From NCBI RefSeq assembly GCF_009914755.1, contig NC_060928.1: a stretch of DNA of 64,000 nucleotides, one strand, 5' to 3'. The notes under the pieces are model-generated. The model saw only the letters and a list, made by a program, of their open reading frames with translations. It did not search any database and was not told the DNA's origin. Below are positions 57,998 through 64,000 of the stretch, piece after piece; position 1 is the first letter of the stretch, and the number at the start of each line of letters is the position of its first letter. The position numbers and the translations under genes are program-made. The stretch is from the human T2T-CHM13v2.0 reference genome, Homo sapiens.

Positions 57998-59452
57998 TCA
58001 GGCCTTCTGGTTATCAGTTTTCCAATCACCAACCTTTAGGGCATTCATCTAGCCTACTTGTTTTCAATGTTTTTAAATAAAAACCTTTTTTCTTTTCCTC
58101 AAAACAATCTCACAGAGTCCAGTGTATAAAATCTGTAAAGCAATGTTTTATTAATGATAAATACATTATGCATGTTTACATTTGTACCATTCTTTTATAG
58201 TGAAAGTGAAGAATGAACACAATGTGGCTATTTGGATGAGCCAGACATTTTCAATCCTGACTTATGGGTGACAGTTGTGGTTCTGTCATTCCCAGAATAA
58301 AATTTGTTTCTGTACTTTTTGTTGGAAAGCATTAAAAAAAAAAAAAAAACACTGGATCTAGTTCATACATCCTGCATTTAAAAAAGAAAAAGAGAGACTG
58401 AGAGACCGAAGCAGAGCTGGGAACTGTCTAATAGACGCCTCATTTGTAACAACCCTCAGTAGGTTGAGGTTGCAAACTCATTGTTCTAGACTCTAGAGTC
58501 AGGAGCCAAATCCAGTTCAGTTCACAGTGCATGTGTTTTCATTAGTGTCACTGTTTAAAAATTGAAAATTTTCATGTAAGAATCTGGAGACTTGTCTTCT
58601 CTTGGAATCTTTGAGGATCTGGCAGTACTGGGGCCACATTCCAACCTGGTAATGGCTTTAGGCCTGAAAGAAGCTGTTTGCCCTTTCCAGATGGCCTTAC
58701 ACATGCATGCCTCCCCTTCACTACCCTCCTGGCCTTGTAACATGGAAGTTTGTGTTTCCCAAACTACAAGTCCAAAGGCAATGGGAGACACGTGTTTGCC
58801 TTCTCTCTGGCTCCATCAACCCTAATCCAAACCACCATCAGGCTCTCCACAGACTGCTGCAGTAACCTTCTAATATTCACACTGTAGGGCTGCTCTCCTT
58901 GTGCAGGTCCCGGGCCTATTTACCCTCAGATCCATCCTTGCCCTTCACTGACTCCTGGGACCTGCATTTTCAGACACTCATGTTAGCTGTCTCTCAACTG
59001 GCTTCAGCCAATGGAAGGCACTGCAGGATACTGGAAGGCAGGAGAAAGGAAGAAGCCAAGGTATTCGTGTCCCTGCCTCTCTGCCTTATGTGGTGTCTCT
59101 GGCAGGAGCAGTCTCTCTCCCCTGGCTCCGCTTGTGGAGTCCCCACACAGGCTGTCTTCTGCCAGAACACACTTGCATCACTCAGGGTCCCAACAAGAAA
59201 CAGATGGCATAGTTTAAAAGGATAATTTGAGGTGCATTTATTTACACAGGGACGGTTTACAAACATGTGGGTATAGAGGAATCACAGTGGATAGTGCTTA
59301 ACACTCCTAGACCCAACAAGGAGTGAGTCCAGAAGAGTCACCCGTTTTGTGAGGAGGGGGCACATTCAGGCAAGAGATGCAGTCAACTGAGGCTAACTCT
59401 ATGGGGCAGGAATGGGAGAATAAAACCCTTGACATTGTTTTTCCTCCCTCCT

Positions 59453-59660
59453 CAGGGTTTCTCTACAGTGGCGCTATTGACATTCGGAGCCAATAATTCC
59501 TTGTATTGGGACAGGGCTATCCTGAGCACTGTAGAATGTTTAGCAAGAAGCATCCTGGCCTCTGTCAGCTAGATGCCTCCCAGTTATGACAATGAAAAAT
59601 GTCTCCAGACTCTGCCAAATGTCCCTGGGGTGCAAAATAACCCCTAGGTGAGGACCACTG
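59453..59660. mobile_element. MER20 hAT-Charlie element, within a degenerate ERVL-type LTR region (about 58940-59750)
   Basis: aaaaatgtctccagac...gccaaatgtccctgggg...gaccactg. Confidence 0.8.
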
Positions 59661-60304
59661 AGATACAACCACCTGCTGTAGTCCATTTAGATCAGCCTCA
59701 GAGCAGAGAGACGAATGGAGGGAGGTGGAAAGTGGATTTGGAGAGGCATAACTCCTTACCCCACACTGACCTGGCACTGACCCCCCACTCAGTCTTCAGA
59801 CCTCAGGATTACCTGGAACCTTCTCAGAGCACCCTTGCCTGGCCAGCCCCACATGACTTGTTAAATTAAGCTTTTACTTATTATTCTAATTGTACCCTAT
59901 TGCTTTCCCTCAGACCTTATCACAGTTTGTGATTATCTATTTTATGTGTCTGTTTATGTTTAATAGCTCTCTCACCTGTGGACCGAAAAGCATTTGCGGA
60001 TATGGGCTGTGACTGCTTGTTCACCTAGATGCTAGCCCAGTGCCTGGCATAAAGTCGGAGCGCAATAAACACATGGTGTGTAACTAAATTAAGAATGAAT
60101 GTATTCACTTGCAGCAACTATGGCAGTATATAGTCTTTGGGTTACTAACCAAAGATGGCCATACATTTCTTTGAGAGTATGATCTTTTTGATTCCCATCC
60201 TGCACCTCACATTCCTGTCATGGTGATTCTGCTGCTCATGAATGTTAGAGAACCTCTGTTTTTCTGTTTCTCAGTAGTGTCAGAGAGCCACTGTTTTAGT
60301 TCAA

Positions 60305-60565
60305 CGTGACAGGCAGTGGAGTATTAAGAGCAGGGATCCAGAGACAAATCCTTGGGTTCACATCACTGCTTCTTCTACTCTTGACTTGCTGTGTGACCTT
60401 GAGTGAGCTGTCTAACCTCTCTTTATTTTCCTCATCAGTAGAATAAGAATAATGAAACTACATATCTCATAAAATTAGTACAAATAGTAAATTGAGTTAA
60501 GAATTTTTAAGCACTTAGAAGATCCTCATTCTGCATAGTGTAAGAACTATATAAGTAAATGTTAA
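60305..60565 (+). mobile_element. MIR
   Basis: gctgtgtgaccttg...taacctctc core. Confidence 0.75.
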
Positions 60566-61644
60566 ATAAAATAAATGTTAAATAAAATAAATGTAATCTC
60601 AGGCAAACATTAGGCTTCCTTCCCATGAAGTCTTGTTCTTTTATTTCCCTTCCCTTTGGTGGCTATAAGACTGGAAAAGTCCAAGCTCTTTACAGTAAAC
60701 TTCTCCCTAAGAGGTGTTGAGTATTTAGTCTAGACTATGCAGCCCACAAGCAGCAAATCCTTTAGCCCTTCAATGGTGCCTCTGGGCTGTGTGACTGGGG
60801 CAAGTTTATGTCAGGATCTGTCCGCCTGTTAAGCAAGCTTTCCACAGTCAAGGGTAGAATGTAACCTGTTCTACTCATTTACCCTTTGAGCTCTTCTTTT
60901 TCCATTTAGCATAGGATAAACAGGTAGCTAAACAATTTATGAACTAAACTTCCTTCCTGGTTTTTATTTTTATATTTTTCCATGGAGTATATTAATGCCA
61001 AAAATAAACCAGTTATTAATTTTATGTAGAATATGACCTAAGTATGAACCAGTGAAATAGTTATTGTACTTTTATATCACTTCAAGCTGAAATATTAACC
61101 AAAGGTATTCTAATTAAAACACCAAGACATGTCTTCAAAACATAGAAACTTGGCTTGTTTTCTAATAGAGAATAAAATAATATTTTCCTCTTTAATTTTA
61201 TTTTATCCTTTAAGCTTACATTTGATAAAGGTAGAAAGTTTACTTTCTAAAAGAATTAAATACCATTTACAAAAAGAAAACTTAGGTAATCATATGTAGA
61301 GATAACAATTTACTTCACACACAATTGAAAGGCAAAAGGGCAAAATGTGTGACTAACATGCATATTAATTCTGAAGAATTAATGGCCTGATTTATCTTCT
61401 TTGATTAATTTTTAATCCTTCAAATCTCTTTGCTCTCATTCTTCGATCTCTCAGAAGACATATCATTTCTTTCATCCTACATTTCGAAGCCTAATAGACT
61501 AGTTTGTACTCAATAGTTTCTACAGAACATTTAAATATTACAAGTGTTGGAGAAACATAAAATCTCTCCTTACCTTTTACCGTGACTTCATTTATCTGGG
61601 CAATCTCCACAAATCTAGAAAGTAGCTTTGATGTTTTCATCAGA

Positions 61645-62205
61645 CATTATTCATTTATAAACTTTAGAGTGCCATCTGTGTGCCAGGTGCTACACCAGGA
61701 ACTGGAAAAACTGCAAGAACAAGTCCCTGCTATATAAGTTTTCAGGCACAAAATAAATTTAAATAAATTTAAACAGAAAGGTTTGTGTATTCAGGGCAAA
61801 GATAATAGCAAGTACAAGAACGCTGAGATGGGACAGAGTGTAGTGTACTCAAACAAACAGCAAGAAGGCCAGCGATGGATGGGAGAATGGTAGGAAGTGA
61901 GGCCCATAGGGTAGCCAGAAGGCTTGGTAAGGACTCCCCCGAACTTTATTCTATGTAGTGGGAAGCTATGAAGTGCGGAAAGCGAGCCTGATTTACACTA
62001 GGACCACTCTGGGAGCAGAAGGCATGTGCAGACTAGAGTCTAGGTGGAAACAGTGGAGGCAAGGACACAAATTAGGACATCAGCTGAGGCAAGAGATGAT
62101 CATTACATTAGAGGAGGACAGCAGGGGCAGATAAAAAGAGAAGCGGCTGCACTCAGAATATGCTTTCAATGTGGAGACGACAGATTTGCCAACTGTAGGA
62201 TTAGA
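61645..62205 (-). mobile_element. L2 fragment
   Basis: Reverse L2 3' end (gagtgccatctgtgtgccaggtgct). Confidence 0.55.
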
Positions 62206-62370
62206 TGTACAAGCTGACAAAAGTGTTTTATTTATGATATTTCACAGAAATTATGACAACTCTGTTTGCAACATTTTAGTAGAGCAAGAAATTAAGTAGT
62301 ACACAGCTATATTGAAAGAATACAACTAAAGTTTTAACAACTTTCATCTAAACTAGAGAGAAAAAGGAAA

Positions 62371-62473
62371 AAACAGATATAGTACATCTAAACAGATATG
62401 ATACATTTAAATATAATATATCTAAACAGATATGATGCATTTAGATATATCTAAACAGATATGATACATTTAA
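62371..62473 (+). repeat. Imperfect minisatellite, unit atctaaacagatatgatacattt, about 3-4 copies
   Basis: Direct reading. Confidence 0.85.
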
Positions 62474-64000
62474 TTACACCTAAATTGTTTTCTTATATAT
62501 ATAATGCTCTTGGGCATAGCATTAGCATAGTAGGTTTATTGAGGATGTTAAAAGTACAGAAAACACTTTTTTTCATACTTTGCCCTTCATTTACCATTCC
62601 TTTACTACATATCTTTCTCAGTTTTAGAAAATAAAATAAATTTCAATGAAAATAAAATAAATAATTAATAAATAATAATATTGCCAATTTATTGACTAGC
62701 TACTGGGGAAAGAATTGGCAAATTCCTACTTGTTATTCAACTATTTTAGTTTACCAACCATTGCTGGTTATTTTTGCCAGTTAGCAATTTAACAACCATT
62801 GTTAATTTACCATTTAAAAGTTTAATGAGGCAAAACTTGGCATTAGAAATGGCATAACCTTTCCAAAGGAATTCTTTACATGTAGTGAAATTTCAAAAAC
62901 ACTCTGTGGTTGACTTTAACAGTGTTCTTTCTCTCATCTCACTGCTTTGCTAACATTTCTTATACATATTTCTTTTTCTTTAAAATATAAACTATGTAAT
63001 CATTGGTCCTTTATAAATTAATCATATATCTTTAATATGAACTGATAAAGAATGGTTATTTCTGAACATCTATTTGGGTTCCACAAATCACTTCCCAAGA
63101 ATTTTAAAATGAAGAAAACAAATCTGAGGTTTAAACTTGTAAAAATCCACACAGAATGAATACGATTAGCTCCCGGATGGGTAAATCAAAAGATTCCCTG
63201 TAGATGCAAAACCAAAGAATTTGGAACACCCAACACTCCATTAAAATTACCTGGGTATAATCTCTATGATGTCAGGCTGAAAATTGACTATAATTTAGTG
63301 AAGTGAAACAATTAATTGTATTGTGTCTAATGTAAACAAAGACTATGACTAGCAAGAAGGTGGTTAGACTATAGCACACATGCATACACACAGAAAGAAA
63401 ACCCTAGTACTGTAGTATTTATCCAGTCTTAGCCAGGTAAAGAAAACTCTGTGACTCATAAAAAAAATTATTTAAAAGACATGCAATTTATCGTCCAAGA
63501 TCTGCCCCCTGAAAGTACAATGTACAAAAGAATTGCATCCTTCTTCATCATTTCTAATTACGTGTTTAAAATGTGCCTTCTCCCACCTGATTACGAACTC
63601 CATTCGGAGGGAAATGGGGGGGAATCATGTCTACACAACACTACATCTCTAGTACATTCTGTTAGAAGAGAATTGCGATACTCCGCTCCTGGTTGACATT
63701 GGAGATACGATTCGCTAAGCATACTTCTAGCATCTCTCTGTCCATTTACTCACTCTTCCCTGGGGAAGAGAAGTGGAAGCTTGAGAAAAGTTAGCAGGAA
63801 TGCTCAGGTGTACCATACTCCCTCTTGGGAGTTGCCTGCCCACAGCAGGAAGTATCTCCCTTCACCTCTAGAGCCTAAATCCCTGTGGAGAAAAGATCTG
63901 CCTGCCCTAGTCCAGGACTGCAGGGACCACATGGGTAGGTCTTCCTAATTCTGAGAGTTGGTTCATTGGTTCGCTTGGGTCTCTCATGAATCTATGACTC

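Overview
AT-rich, repeat-dense primate (almost certainly human) genomic DNA from the 5' part of MAPK10 (JNK3), which is transcribed on the minus strand. The identification rests on a 115-nt exon at 32008-32122 with canonical splice sites, whose sequence matches my recollection of the MAPK10 mRNA 5'UTR. A CpG-poor alternative promoter and first exon lies at about 37132-37610 and carries a near-palindromic RFX X-box next to a full CRE. No MAPK10 kinase-coding exon is in the window. The rest is intron filled with Alu, L1, L2, MIR, MaLR/ERV LTRs and DNA transposons, and most long ORF-track entries are repeat-derived or look like chance ORFs. Two observations are not explained by repeats. (i) A 47-bp inverted repeat (42/47 identical, arms 1.8 kb apart) would base-pair across the 5' splice site of a candidate 81-nt cassette exon. 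(ii) The first exon ends exactly on an ATG, so each candidate downstream 5'UTR exon would give a different uORF peptide, including a hydrophobic 65-aa one; a separate 104-aa ORF fills another candidate exon. All candidate exons are predicted from splice-site sequence only and are unverified. Repeat subfamily calls are by eye and boundaries of old repeats are approximate.
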